Positions 1-7,564 of a DNA stretch of 32,000 bases are shown here, piece by piece (the stretch's first letter is position 1; each line of letters opens with the position of its first letter). Origin of the DNA: an uncultured Opitutales bacterium. Lineage in GTDB: Bacteria > Verrucomicrobiota > Verrucomicrobiia > Opitutales > Intestinicryptomonadaceae. Below the pieces are notes generated by a model. It was not told the DNA's origin and searched no databases. It was given only the letters and a program-made list of their open reading frames with translations. Both the position numbers and the translations under genes were made by a program. The stretch spans positions 30,001 to 62,000 of the forward strand of contig CAKTSY010000004.1 in assembly GCA_934613415.1 (NCBI GenBank), in the 5' to 3' direction.

Positions 1-1544
1 GCACTCTTTACGCGGTCGTCTAAAAATGCAACGGCAAACGCCATACCCAAGCCGCCCAAAATGCCGCCCAACAAACCAATTATGGTGTTCATAACATAGT
101 TCGGGCTATATCTTCTGATAGAGGGAACTGCCCTGTCTATGATTTGCGCCGTGGGCGAAATAAGGCTTATTTGCGCGGTTTTAACCGTCATCGAAGTAAT
201 CAATGCCGAGTGAATGCCTTTTTCAACGTCTCTTTCGCGTTCCAAAGAGTTATAGGTAATTGCAACTTTGCCCAATTCCAACACGGCCTTCTTTTTGTCT
301 GCCAAGTGTTTTAGCGAGCGTTCGTAGTTTTCCTTTGCCGTTTCGTAGTTCGACTTAACTTTTGCCGCCGAAGAATCTAAAGCCGCCGCCAATTCTTTGT
401 CGATTTGGTCCATAACCTTGCGGGCTTCAATCATCTTCGGGTGCTTTTCCTTATAGCGTTTTTCGAGAGCCGAAATTGTTATTTGCTGCTGCGATTTGTC
501 TAGCAAAAGCTTGCTTACAATCGGAATTTCGGAAATGAAAGGCAAGTCGTACAAATTCTTGTTTTCGGCCTTGTATTCTTGAACCTGAACCCAGTTTGTT
601 TGGCAGGCATCAAAAAGACGCTTGTTGTTTGTAACAATCGAATTTAATTCAACAAGCTCGCGCCTGTCTATGTCTTCGTTCATTTCCAAGCTTATTGCGC
701 CGTACTTTTCACGGTAGTCTACAAGGCGTTTATCTAAAGCCTTAACCTTTTCTTCTTGCTGCGAAACTTTGTGCATAAGCTCGTCGCGGCTTTCGAGAAG
801 TTTTTGAACCCTTACATTCTGGTTAAAGCTAATATATTCTTGCGCAAACAAGTTTGCCATTTGAGCGGCAATGCGCGAATCGGGGTGTTCAAAGGTTATG
901 TTTATTATAAGCGAAAGCCTTTCGGGAATGATATTGCGGCTTCTGCCGATAATTTCCTCTTCGGTAAGCTTGGGGCCCAAAGTGAAAACGTCTTGGTAGG
1001 GCTGCATTAAAGCCTTCTTTTCGTCTTCCTTCATTCGGCTTTGAACAAGCCTTATAATTTCGCTACTTTCTAGAATCTTTACCTGAGTGTTAAAGTCTTC
1101 AACGTTCATAATGGCCTCGTTGCGGCTGTTTTCGGCGCCTGCAACGGGAATGGACTTGTCGGGGTCGCGCAAAACCTGAATTCTTGCGGCCGACATATAG
1201 GTTGGCGTTACCCTTGCAGTATAAAGCATAACACCCGCAAAAATAACAATGAACGTAATTATTATGTACCAAATTCTTTCTCTAAGAATTGCCAAATAGT
1301 CTTTAAATGTACGGTTTGGTATTGCCGAAGCGCCGCCGCCCATAGAGGCCCCTGCGCCATAGCCACCGTAGCCGCCGCCATAACCGCCGTAGTTTCCGTA
1401 GCTGCCATAGCCGCCATAATTGCCATAACCACCGTAGCCGCCATAGTTGCCGTAGCTACCGTAATTAGAGCCTACGCGCTTTCTTACAAGCACTTTCGAC
1501 TTTTGTTTTGTATCGCCAGAATTTTTCGAAATGTCTTCGCTCAT
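1..1544 (-). CDS. Polysaccharide co-polymerase / chain-length determinant (Wzz-GumC type, PCP); C-terminal part runs off the window
   Basis: Absent from the ORF track because the frame stays open to the window edge. My translation from the ATG (reverse complement of 1542-1544) reads MSEDISKNSGDTKQKSKVLVRKRVGSNYGSYGNYGG...AIPNRTFKDYLAILRERIWYIIITFIVIFAGVMLYTARVTPTYMSAARIQV. It has a Wzz-like N-terminal region with TM1, then a long coiled-coil segment. Next comes a GNVR-like segment (ITYNSLERERDVEKGIHSALITSM...AQIIDRAVPSIRRYSPN) and TM2 (IIGLLGGILGGLGMAFAVAFLDDRVKSA). It starts 18 nt downstream of the Wza-like gene and is preceded by GGAG. Confidence 0.85.
   Translation of the reverse strand, partial: MSEDISKNSGDTKQKSKVLVRKRVGSNYGSYGNYGGYGGYGNYGGYGSYGNYGGYGGGYGGYGAGASMGGGASAIPNRTFKDYLAILRERIWYIIITFIVIFAGVMLYTARVTPTYMSAARIQVLRDPDKSIPVAGAENSRNEAIMNVEDFNTQVKILESSEIIRLVQSRMKEDEKKALMQPYQDVFTLGPKLTEEEIIGRSRNIIPERLSLIINITFEHPDSRIAAQMANLFAQEYISFNQNVRVQKLLESRDELMHKVSQQEEKVKALDKRLVDYREKYGAISLEMNEDIDRRELVELNSIVTNNKRLFDACQTNWVQVQEYKAENKNLYDLPFISEIPIVSKLLLDKSQQQITISALEKRYKEKHPKMIEARKVMDQIDKELAAALDSSAAKVKSNYETAKENYERSLKHLADKKKAVLELGKVAITYNSLERERDVEKGIHSALITSMTVKTAQISLISPTAQIIDRAVPSIRRYSPNYVMNTIIGLLGGILGGLGMAFAVAFLDDRVKS
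1356..1472 (-). repeat. Imperfect 9-nt tandem array (GGY TAY GGN) encoding [G/S/N]-Y-G x12 inside the co-polymerase gene
   Basis: In-frame codons give GSNYGSYGNYGGYGGYGNYGGYGSYGNYGGYGGGYGGYG (residues 25-63, 12 Tyr). On the plus strand this appears as a periodic ccgtag/ccatag pattern. Confidence 0.9.
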
Positions 1545-1562
1545 ATTAAAAAAATGCTCCGA

Positions 1563-2138
1563 TTAGAATATGGATTCTTGCACCTGAACAATGTCGCCGT
1601 CTTCAAGGGGCATATCCCTTGCGGTTTTATTGTCGAGAATGTCTTTTACGTTAACATCAAAAGTTTTTTGTGTGCCGTCGGGCATAATGCGCTTAACAAT
1701 AACGCTAGAACGGTTTGCCTTGCCTGTAAAACCGCCTGCATCGCCTATGGCCTTTGTAAGGGTTATGCCTTCTTCGGGGGGGAATCTAACTTCGCCTTGT
1801 CTGAAAACCTGACCGAAAACGCTTACGCGCTTGGGTGCATATTCCAATATAAACAGGTTTATTTGGGGGTTAACCAAATAGTCGGCGGCATACAAGTCTT
1901 TAATTTTTGTGGTTGCGTCTAAAATTGTAAGGCCCGCAATTTTAACTTCGCCTATAAGAGGCAGCGAAACCGTGCCCGAAGCCGATATTTTTGTTGTTGT
2001 AGACAAATCCAGCTCCTGAAAAACGTCTAGTTTAATTACGTCTAGGGGAGACAGTTTATAGGAGTCCGACTGGGCAAATGCCGCAGTAGAGACAAACATT
2101 GCGCATAGCAACGCAAAAAAGCTGCATATTTTTTTCAT
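1563..2138 (-). CDS. Polysaccharide export protein, Wza-like (Poly_export + SLBB type), secreted
   Basis: 191 aa. Signal peptide MKKICSFFALLCAMFVSTAAFAQ. Motifs YKLSPLDVIKLDVF...SGTVSLPLIGEVKIAGLT...YLVNPQINL and a second SLBB-like part, VSVFGQVFRQGEVRF...ITLTKAIGDAGGFT...DGDIVQV. Confidence 0.85.
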   Translation of the reverse strand: MKKICSFFALLCAMFVSTAAFAQSDSYKLSPLDVIKLDVFQELDLSTTTKISASGTVSLPLIGEVKIAGLTILDATTKIKDLYAADYLVNPQINLFILEYAPKRVSVFGQVFRQGEVRFPPEEGITLTKAIGDAGGFTGKANRSSVIVKRIMPDGTQKTFDVNVKDILDNKTARDMPLEDGDIVQVQESIF

Positions 2139-2157
2139 ATATCGTGCACTTATATAA

Positions 2158-2208
2158 ATTATATCTGTAAAATCATTAAAAGACTATCTGCAACACTTGT
2201 TTCTGCAA
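2158..2208. promoter_or_regulatory. Divergent control region: minus-strand TATAAT (2158-2163) plus three TnTCTGYAA direct repeats
   Basis: tatctgtaa is at 2162-2170, tatctgcaa at 2185-2193 and tttctgcaa at 2200-2208 (start spacings 23 and 15 nt). The reverse complement of 2158-2163 is TATAAT, about 20 nt upstream of the Wza-like ATG. The matching -35 (TAGTCT) is poor, which would fit an activator-dependent promoter. Confidence 0.3.
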
Positions 2209-2258
2209 GTAAAAATTTGCTTTTTTAAAAAAATTGGCAATAGTCGATTACAAAGATT

Positions 2259-2567
2259 ATGATTATAGATTTAAAAAAGTTGTCGTCGCCAAAAAGAAAG
2301 CCTAGCTTTGCGAAGACGAAAATCAGCATAAGGCGCAAAGGAGACATTGCTTTTGAGCCGCCAAGAAAGGCAAAATCGCTTGTAAAAATTGTGTATTTTG
2401 TAATTATTGCCGCGGTTGTAGTGGCGGCTCTTGCGTTTTTGCAGTCGATTTTAGAAGCATATAAAGCAAATGCAAATAAAGCCCAAAGCCAGCCAGCCCA
2501 AACGCAAAAAGTAAAAGAATATGTAATAACGCTAAAGCCGCCGCAAAACAAGCAGCCAAACAAGTAG
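2259..2567 (+). CDS. Small single-pass membrane protein, unknown function
   Basis: 102 aa. Lys/Arg-rich N-terminus, one TM helix (IVYFVIIAAVVVAALAFL) and a Q/K/P-rich tail. Codon choice resembles neighbouring genes. An intrinsic terminator lies about 45 nt downstream. The competing minus-strand ORF 2225-2587 is rich in Cys, Phe and Trp, as expected for an antisense frame. Confidence 0.55.
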   Translation: MIIDLKKLSSPKRKPSFAKTKISIRRKGDIAFEPPRKAKSLVKIVYFVIIAAVVVAALAFLQSILEAYKANANKAQSQPAQTQKVKEYVITLKPPQNKQPNK

Positions 2568-2611
2568 AGCAAAAATATTAGCGGCACGCCATTTGCCCGT
2601 TTTTATGCAAT

Positions 2612-2649
2612 AAAAAACTCCTTTCGCATTTTGCGAAAGGGGCTTTTTT
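2612..2649. terminator. Bidirectional intrinsic terminator (serves hisS on the minus strand and the small ORF on the plus strand)
   Basis: A6, then stem ctcctttcgc / gcgaaagggg with loop atttt, then T6. Confidence 0.8.
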
Positions 2650-2664
2650 GGAATTATTGATTAA

Positions 2665-3963
2665 CTAAAAATTAAACTGTTGCAAATCGGCAAGTTTTAC
2701 AAGCGTTTCGCTTGCGTTCGTTAAATTCTTAATTTTCACGCTTGCATTTGCAAATTCGTCGCCGCCGAAAATAACGGCATATTTCGCCTTAAGTGCGTCG
2801 GCCGTTTTAAACTGCTTGCCGAAAGACGCTTCCTTAAAGGAATAGTCTACCTTCAAGCCCCTGCGGCGAAGCCCGAAAATATACGGCAAAGCTTTTGCGC
2901 GCAAAGATTCGTCGCCTATAACGGCGTAGATGTCTAAAGCGTCGCTTACAGCACCCGATTTACCCGTCAGCTCAAGCAAATCGCCCACGGTAACGTCGCC
3001 CATACCGAAGCCCACTGCGGGCATATCGGGGTAGCCAAGCTTTTTTACAAGGTTGTCGTATCTGCCGCCGCCTGCCAAAGCCCTGCCCGTGCCTACTGTT
3101 TGGAAAGCCTCGAACACAAAGCCCGTGTAGTAGGCCAAGCCTCTAACAATGCCCATATCGGGCTTTACATAGTCGGCATAGCCCATATTGCCCAACAAAG
3201 CCAAAAGGCTTTTCCAATCGGCAACTCGGGCTTTAAAATCGTCGCTTGCAGTTTCGGCAATCTCGCATATCTGCTCAATAGACGAAGTTTTTACAAACGA
3301 GTGGATTTTTTCGGAAATTTCGGCAACGTTTAGATTTGTTCCGCTTAAAGCCTCTGCCAACATTTCGTCGAAAGCCTGAGCATTTACTTTTTCGATTTTG
3401 TCTACAACCGACAAAACTTTCATATCAAGCTCTTCTGTAATGCCCGCAATACGCAGGAAATACACCCAAAGCTTTCTGTCGCCCAAGCGCAGTTTAAACT
3501 CGTTTTCGGTAAGCGAAAAGCTTCTTAACGACTCTATAAGCAAAGCAATAACTTCGGCGTCGGCAGCAAGCGATTCTTCGCCCAAAATGTCGGCGTTATA
3601 TTGGTAAAACGCCCTTAACCTGCCCTTTTGCTGGCGTTCATAGCGGTAGTTTTCGCCTATGGCAAACCATTTTACGGGTTTGCGTATGCCCTTTGCGTGC
3701 GCGCCAACCATTCTCGCCAACGAAGGCGTCATTTCGGGACGCAACGAAACGGCTCTGTCGCCCTTGTCTACAAATTCAAAAAGCTGCGACTTAATTTCCT
3801 CGCCCGACTTTTCGGTAAAAAGCTCCAACGGTTCGAGCACAGGCGGGTCGAATTCGACAAAGCCGAAGCTTTTTGCGGCGTTGCGCCATTTGTCGAAGAT
3901 AAAGTCGCGCTTGGCTCTGTCTTCGGGATAAAATTCCCTAAAACCCGGAAGCGTTTTAAACAT
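2665..3963 (-). CDS. hisS: Histidine--tRNA ligase
   Basis: 432 aa. Class II HisRS motifs: LPGFREFYPED, SLRPEMTPSLARM, YRYERQQKGRLRAFYQYNADILG, GGGRYDNL. C-terminal anticodon-binding domain (IYAVIGDE...YAVIFGGDE). Confidence 0.95.
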   Translation of the reverse strand: MFKTLPGFREFYPEDRAKRDFIFDKWRNAAKSFGFVEFDPPVLEPLELFTEKSGEEIKSQLFEFVDKGDRAVSLRPEMTPSLARMVGAHAKGIRKPVKWFAIGENYRYERQQKGRLRAFYQYNADILGEESLAADAEVIALLIESLRSFSLTENEFKLRLGDRKLWVYFLRIAGITEELDMKVLSVVDKIEKVNAQAFDEMLAEALSGTNLNVAEISEKIHSFVKTSSIEQICEIAETASDDFKARVADWKSLLALLGNMGYADYVKPDMGIVRGLAYYTGFVFEAFQTVGTGRALAGGGRYDNLVKKLGYPDMPAVGFGMGDVTVGDLLELTGKSGAVSDALDIYAVIGDESLRAKALPYIFGLRRRGLKVDYSFKEASFGKQFKTADALKAKYAVIFGGDEFANASVKIKNLTNASETLVKLADLQQFNF

Positions 3964-3968
3964 ACGGC

Positions 3969-4325
3969 CTATTTTCCTCTTGCTCTGGCGGCCTTAGAAG
4001 TTTCAACCGTAGCCAAGTTAAGCTTGCTTAAAGCGGCTTTCATTTCTTTGCCTGCCTTAAATTTTACGATTGCCCTTTTGGGGATTTCGATATCGGTTTC
4101 GGGCTTTGTGGGGTTGCGGCCGATTCTGGGCTTGCGAACCTGAACTTCAAGCACGCCGAAGTTGCGCAGTTCCACATTTCTGCCCTGAACCAACGAATCG
4201 CGAATTATGTCCAAAGTTTTTTGAACGATATCTTTTACATCGTTCTGAAGAACGAAACCCTGTTTACATTCTTCTTTAGATTCGTATATTGTGTGGACAA
4301 TTTCTCTTTTTGTTAGGTTTTGCAT
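3969..4325 (-). CDS. HU/IHF-family DNA-binding protein
   Basis: I start at the internal Met (MQNLTKREIV, reverse complement of 4323-4325), not the track start at 4394. Motifs: NFGVLEVQVRKPRIGRNPTKPETDIEIPKRAIVKFKAGKEMK (beta-arm with GRNP). It has a basic C-terminal tail and ends 5 nt before the hisS ATG. Confidence 0.85.
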   Translation of the reverse strand: MQNLTKREIVHTIYESKEECKQGFVLQNDVKDIVQKTLDIIRDSLVQGRNVELRNFGVLEVQVRKPRIGRNPTKPETDIEIPKRAIVKFKAGKEMKAALSKLNLATVETSKAARARGK

Positions 4326-4421
4326 TGCGTTTTTCGTTTTTAAATAAGAGTGTGTAATAAAAATTAAACTGCTGATCTTGGGTTTTTTCAACATTCAAGT
4401 CAAGCAAAACATATAGATTTT

Positions 4422-6014
4422 ATGGAAAACGACAAAAACAACACACCCGAAAATAACGATAAAGAAACAGGCAATCCCATCGACGAAATTCAAAGGCAGT
4501 TGGAAAATCTTTTTAAGGGGTCGAACATAAAAGTTGAGCGTCCGCAATTTATGAGAAATCCGCAATCGACACCGGAAAACGACGACGACGCAAAAAAGGT
4601 TCTCGACAATATCCGCAACTTTTCGATGAAGCCCAAGGAAATAAGGGATTTTCTGAACAAATACGTTGTAAAGCAAGAAGAGGCAAAAAAAGTTTTGTCG
4701 GTTGCAATATGCGACCACTACAACCATGTAAGACGCTGCCTACAAAACCCGAAGCTTAAAGACGCCGAATATAACAAGCCAAACATTCTTATTTTGGGCC
4801 CTACGGGCGTTGGCAAAACCTATTTAATGCGCACAATAGCAAAACTTATAGGCGTACCTTTCGTTAAGGCCGACGCAACAAAGTTTTCGGAAACCGGCTA
4901 CATTGGCGGCGACGTTGAAGACCTTGTGCGCGACTTGGTAAAAACCGCAAACGGCAATGTAGACATAGCACAATACGGCATAATTTATATAGACGAAATC
5001 GACAAGATTGCAGGCAGCGCCGACCCGCGCGGAAAAGACGTTTCGGGCCGCGGCGTACAGATAAACCTTTTGAAGCTAATGGAAGACTCGAACGTAAACG
5101 TTCTAAGCCCGCAGGATATGATGGCGCAAATGCAGATGATGGCAGACGACGGCAAGTCGAAAAAGCGCACCATAAACACGCGCCACATTCTTTTTATTGT
5201 AAGCGGAGCTTTCGACAAGCTTTCCGAAAGCATAGCCAAACGCTTCAACAAAGGCACAATAGGCTTCGGCACCGAAAGCGACTTTTCAGACAAAGACCCA
5301 AGCGAATATCTGAAATTTGCCGAAACACAGGATTTTGTAAAATACGGCTTTGAAGCCGAATTTATAGGCAGGCTTCCCGTAAGGGTTGCATGCGACGCCC
5401 TTTTGGCAAAAGACCTTGCCGACATTTTAAAGTCTTCGGAAGGCTCTATTTTAAAGCAATATACTCGCGACTTTCAAGGCTATGGTATAGACTTTGAAAT
5501 AACGAAAGAGGCAATCGACAAAATTGCCGAAAAAGCCTATCTTGAAAAGACGGGCGCGCGCGGCCTGCTTACCGTAATGGAAAAACTTTTGCGCGACTTT
5601 AAATTCGAGCTGCCAAGCGCGGGCATTACAAGGTTTGAAATTACAACCGACACGCTCGAAAATCCGAAGGAGTATTTGAAAGAAATTTTGGAAAACTCCG
5701 AACCATTGCGCCGCAGCGTGCTTGAAAAAGACATATCAAAATTCGCCGCAGCCTTCGAAAGCGAAACGGGCTTTAAGCTTGAATTCGACGAGGGAGCCCA
5801 AAGGGAAATTATCGCCGAAGCTGCCGAATGCGACAAGGAGGTTTCAACCTTGTGCGCCGAAAAGTTTAAAGACTTTAAACACGCGTTGTCCATAATTTCA
5901 AGAAACAACAAGAAAACGAAATTTACAATAGACGCCCAAACGGTTAAAACCCCCGACGAAACTTTGTCGAAGTGGGTTGTAAGCTCGTTTCAGGAAAAGA
6001 AAAATGAACAATAA
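4422..6014 (+). CDS. ClpX-like AAA+ unfoldase lacking the N-terminal zinc-binding domain, with a C-terminal extension
   Basis: 530 aa, collinear with ClpX. Walker A GPTGVGKT (126-133). Pore-1 loop GYIG (159-162). Walker B IIYIDEID. Pore-2-like KDVSGRGVQ. IGF tripeptide in KGTIGFGT (280-282). EFIGRLP. Sensor-2 GARGL. There is no Cys before residue 97, so no C4 zinc ribbon. About 120 aa extend beyond the ClpX C-terminus. Confidence 0.85.
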   Translation: MENDKNNTPENNDKETGNPIDEIQRQLENLFKGSNIKVERPQFMRNPQSTPENDDDAKKVLDNIRNFSMKPKEIRDFLNKYVVKQEEAKKVLSVAICDHYNHVRRCLQNPKLKDAEYNKPNILILGPTGVGKTYLMRTIAKLIGVPFVKADATKFSETGYIGGDVEDLVRDLVKTANGNVDIAQYGIIYIDEIDKIAGSADPRGKDVSGRGVQINLLKLMEDSNVNVLSPQDMMAQMQMMADDGKSKKRTINTRHILFIVSGAFDKLSESIAKRFNKGTIGFGTESDFSDKDPSEYLKFAETQDFVKYGFEAEFIGRLPVRVACDALLAKDLADILKSSEGSILKQYTRDFQGYGIDFEITKEAIDKIAEKAYLEKTGARGLLTVMEKLLRDFKFELPSAGITRFEITTDTLENPKEYLKEILENSEPLRRSVLEKDISKFAAAFESETGFKLEFDEGAQREIIAEAAECDKEVSTLCAEKFKDFKHALSIISRNNKKTKFTIDAQTVKTPDETLSKWVVSSFQEKKNEQ

Positions 6015-6720
6015 TTTTGAAAAGAGAAATCCCGAAGAGGTAAAGAAAATGTTTTCGGGCATTGCCGAAAGTTACGACAGGGCAAACCGCCTTATGTGCT
6101 TTGGGTTGGATAAATATTGGCGCAAGGTTTTGGCAAAAAAGGCGGCAAGTCTTTGCCAAAACGCCCCCTTGTTAGACGCAGCTTGCGGCAGCGGCGACGT
6201 TGCCTTTGCCGCGTTAAAATTGGGGCTGCCAAAGGGCGTTGTGTGTGCCGATTTTTGTCCAGAATTGTTGCAGTTGGCAAAAACCAAACTGGCGGCCTTT
6301 AAAAACGCCGAATTTGCCGAATGCGACTGCTCAAACCTGCACGCTTTTGCCGACAACACATTCGGCGCAATTACGGTTGCTTTCGGTTTCAGGAATTTTC
6401 AGGACAGGCAAAAGTGCCTTTTTGAATTTAACCGCGTTCTGAAAAAAGGCGGCAAGCTGTTTATTTTGGAGGTTGCGCTCTCGAAAAGTTTGTCGGGCAG
6501 AATCGTGTCGCTTTTTATGGACAAAATAACCCCGCAAATTGCGGCTTTTGCAGGCTCTAATAAAGACGACTACCTTTATTTATCGAAAACGGCAAAGCTT
6601 TTCCCCAACAACAGCCAGATAGGCGAAATGTTTAAAAATGCAAATTTTGCAAATTTTAAAAGGCACTACTTTTTAACTTCGCTAAACAGCGTTTCCATAA
6701 TGGAGGGCGAAAAGTTATGA
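6004..6720 (+). CDS. ubiE: Demethylmenaquinone/ubiquinone C-methyltransferase (UbiE/MenG family)
   Basis: 238 aa. MFSGIAESYDRANRLMCFGLDKYWR, SAM motif LDAACGSGD, FGFRNF, LKKGGKLFILE, DDYLYLSKTAKLFP. Its start overlaps the ClpX-like stop by 11 nt. Confidence 0.85.
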   Translation: MNNNFEKRNPEEVKKMFSGIAESYDRANRLMCFGLDKYWRKVLAKKAASLCQNAPLLDAACGSGDVAFAALKLGLPKGVVCADFCPELLQLAKTKLAAFKNAEFAECDCSNLHAFADNTFGAITVAFGFRNFQDRQKCLFEFNRVLKKGGKLFILEVALSKSLSGRIVSLFMDKITPQIAAFAGSNKDDYLYLSKTAKLFPNNSQIGEMFKNANFANFKRHYFLTSLNSVSIMEGEKL

Positions 6721-7493
6721 CGCACGACCCATTCGGCGAAGAGGCCCCTCTTGTAGACATAAACGAATTCCCCAAGTGGATAATATACGAAGACGCCGAC
6801 TACCTTGTTTTGAACAAACCCGGCTGGCTTGTTTGCCACCCATCTAAAAACGGCGACCTTTCCAGTTTGGTGGGGGCAAGCCGCGTTTACACAAAGCTAG
6901 ATTCGCTACACTTGGTAAGCAGGCTAGACAGGGAAACCAGCGGCATTGTTATTCTTGCAAAGCATAAAAAGGCGGCGTCGGTTGCACAGCGCGCCCTTGA
7001 ACACGGACTGGCAAAAAAAGAGTATTTTGCTATTATGCAAGGGGCTATGAACTTTTCGGCAACGGTTTCGCAACCGCTTATAGAAGACAAAAACTCGCTT
7101 GTGGCAATTAAGCAAATGTGTGCAATGCGCAAAACCACTGCAAAAAAGGCGTGCACCTATTTTACGCCCCAAAGCGTTGCCAATAACTACACTCTTTGCA
7201 AAGTAAGGATTATTACCGGACGCAAGCACCAAATTAGGGCGCACGCCCAATGGCTTGGCTACCCAATTGTAGGCGACAAAATATACGGCCCCGACGAAAC
7301 TTTGTATTTAGATTTTATAGAAAAGGGTTTTACAGACGAAATGGCGAAGCTTTTGCCTATGAAAAGGCAGGCATTGCACGCCTTTAAGCTTGATTTAAGC
7401 GCGGCAATTAAAGACTTTTCGTTTACAGCCCCGCCCACAGCCGACTTTGTAGAGTTTGCCGAAAAAAATTCGCTTGTAATACCCAAGTCTTAA
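6717..7493 (+). CDS. RluA-family pseudouridine synthase (no S4 domain)
   Basis: 258 aa. Catalytic motif SRLDRETSGIV, and GRKHQIRAH...GYPIVGDKIYG. ATGA overlap with ubiE. Confidence 0.85.
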   Translation: MTHDPFGEEAPLVDINEFPKWIIYEDADYLVLNKPGWLVCHPSKNGDLSSLVGASRVYTKLDSLHLVSRLDRETSGIVILAKHKKAASVAQRALEHGLAKKEYFAIMQGAMNFSATVSQPLIEDKNSLVAIKQMCAMRKTTAKKACTYFTPQSVANNYTLCKVRIITGRKHQIRAHAQWLGYPIVGDKIYGPDETLYLDFIEKGFTDEMAKLLPMKRQALHAFKLDLSAAIKDFSFTAPPTADFVEFAEKNSLVIPKS

Positions 7494-7528
7494 TGGGGCG
7501 TTTTTGAAAAAATTTGCCCTTAATGGGC

Positions 7529-7558
7529 TTTACAAAATTAAGAAAATTTCCGTATAAT
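7529..7558 (+). promoter_or_regulatory. Sigma70-like promoter, TTTACA/TTACAA - 17/18 nt - TATAAT
   Basis: -35 at 7529-7535 and a perfect TATAAT at 7553-7558. The A of the ATG at 7565 is the 7th nt after the -10 hexamer. Confidence 0.5.
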
Positions 7559-7564
7559 TTGGGT

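Noticed and set aside
1262-1444. 60-aa alternative-frame ORF across the GY repeat (MAATVVMAIMAAMAAT...)
   Set aside because: It is a frame-shifted reading of the 9-nt repeat. The continuous frame starting at 1544 carries the recognisable Wzz/GNVR architecture.
2225-2587. 120-aa minus-strand ORF overlapping the small plus-strand gene
   Set aside because: Its Cys/Phe/Trp-rich composition looks like the antisense of a Lys/Ala-rich gene. The plus-strand ORF has a sensible positive-inside single-TM architecture and a terminator downstream. However, the conserved module 30 nt upstream of its GTG (see the finding at 2591-2649) keeps a small doubt open.
3628-4143. 171-aa plus-strand ORF spanning the hisS/HU junction
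   Set aside because: It runs antisense across two well-supported genes and their junction, and it is Arg-rich and low in complexity.
4387-4421. Second possible leaderless promoter (TTCAAC - 17 nt - CATATA - 6 nt - ATG) for the ClpX-like gene
   Set aside because: The -10 matches consensus at only 3 of 6 positions, which is too weak to claim. It is noted only because the geometry mirrors the promoter at 7529-7558.
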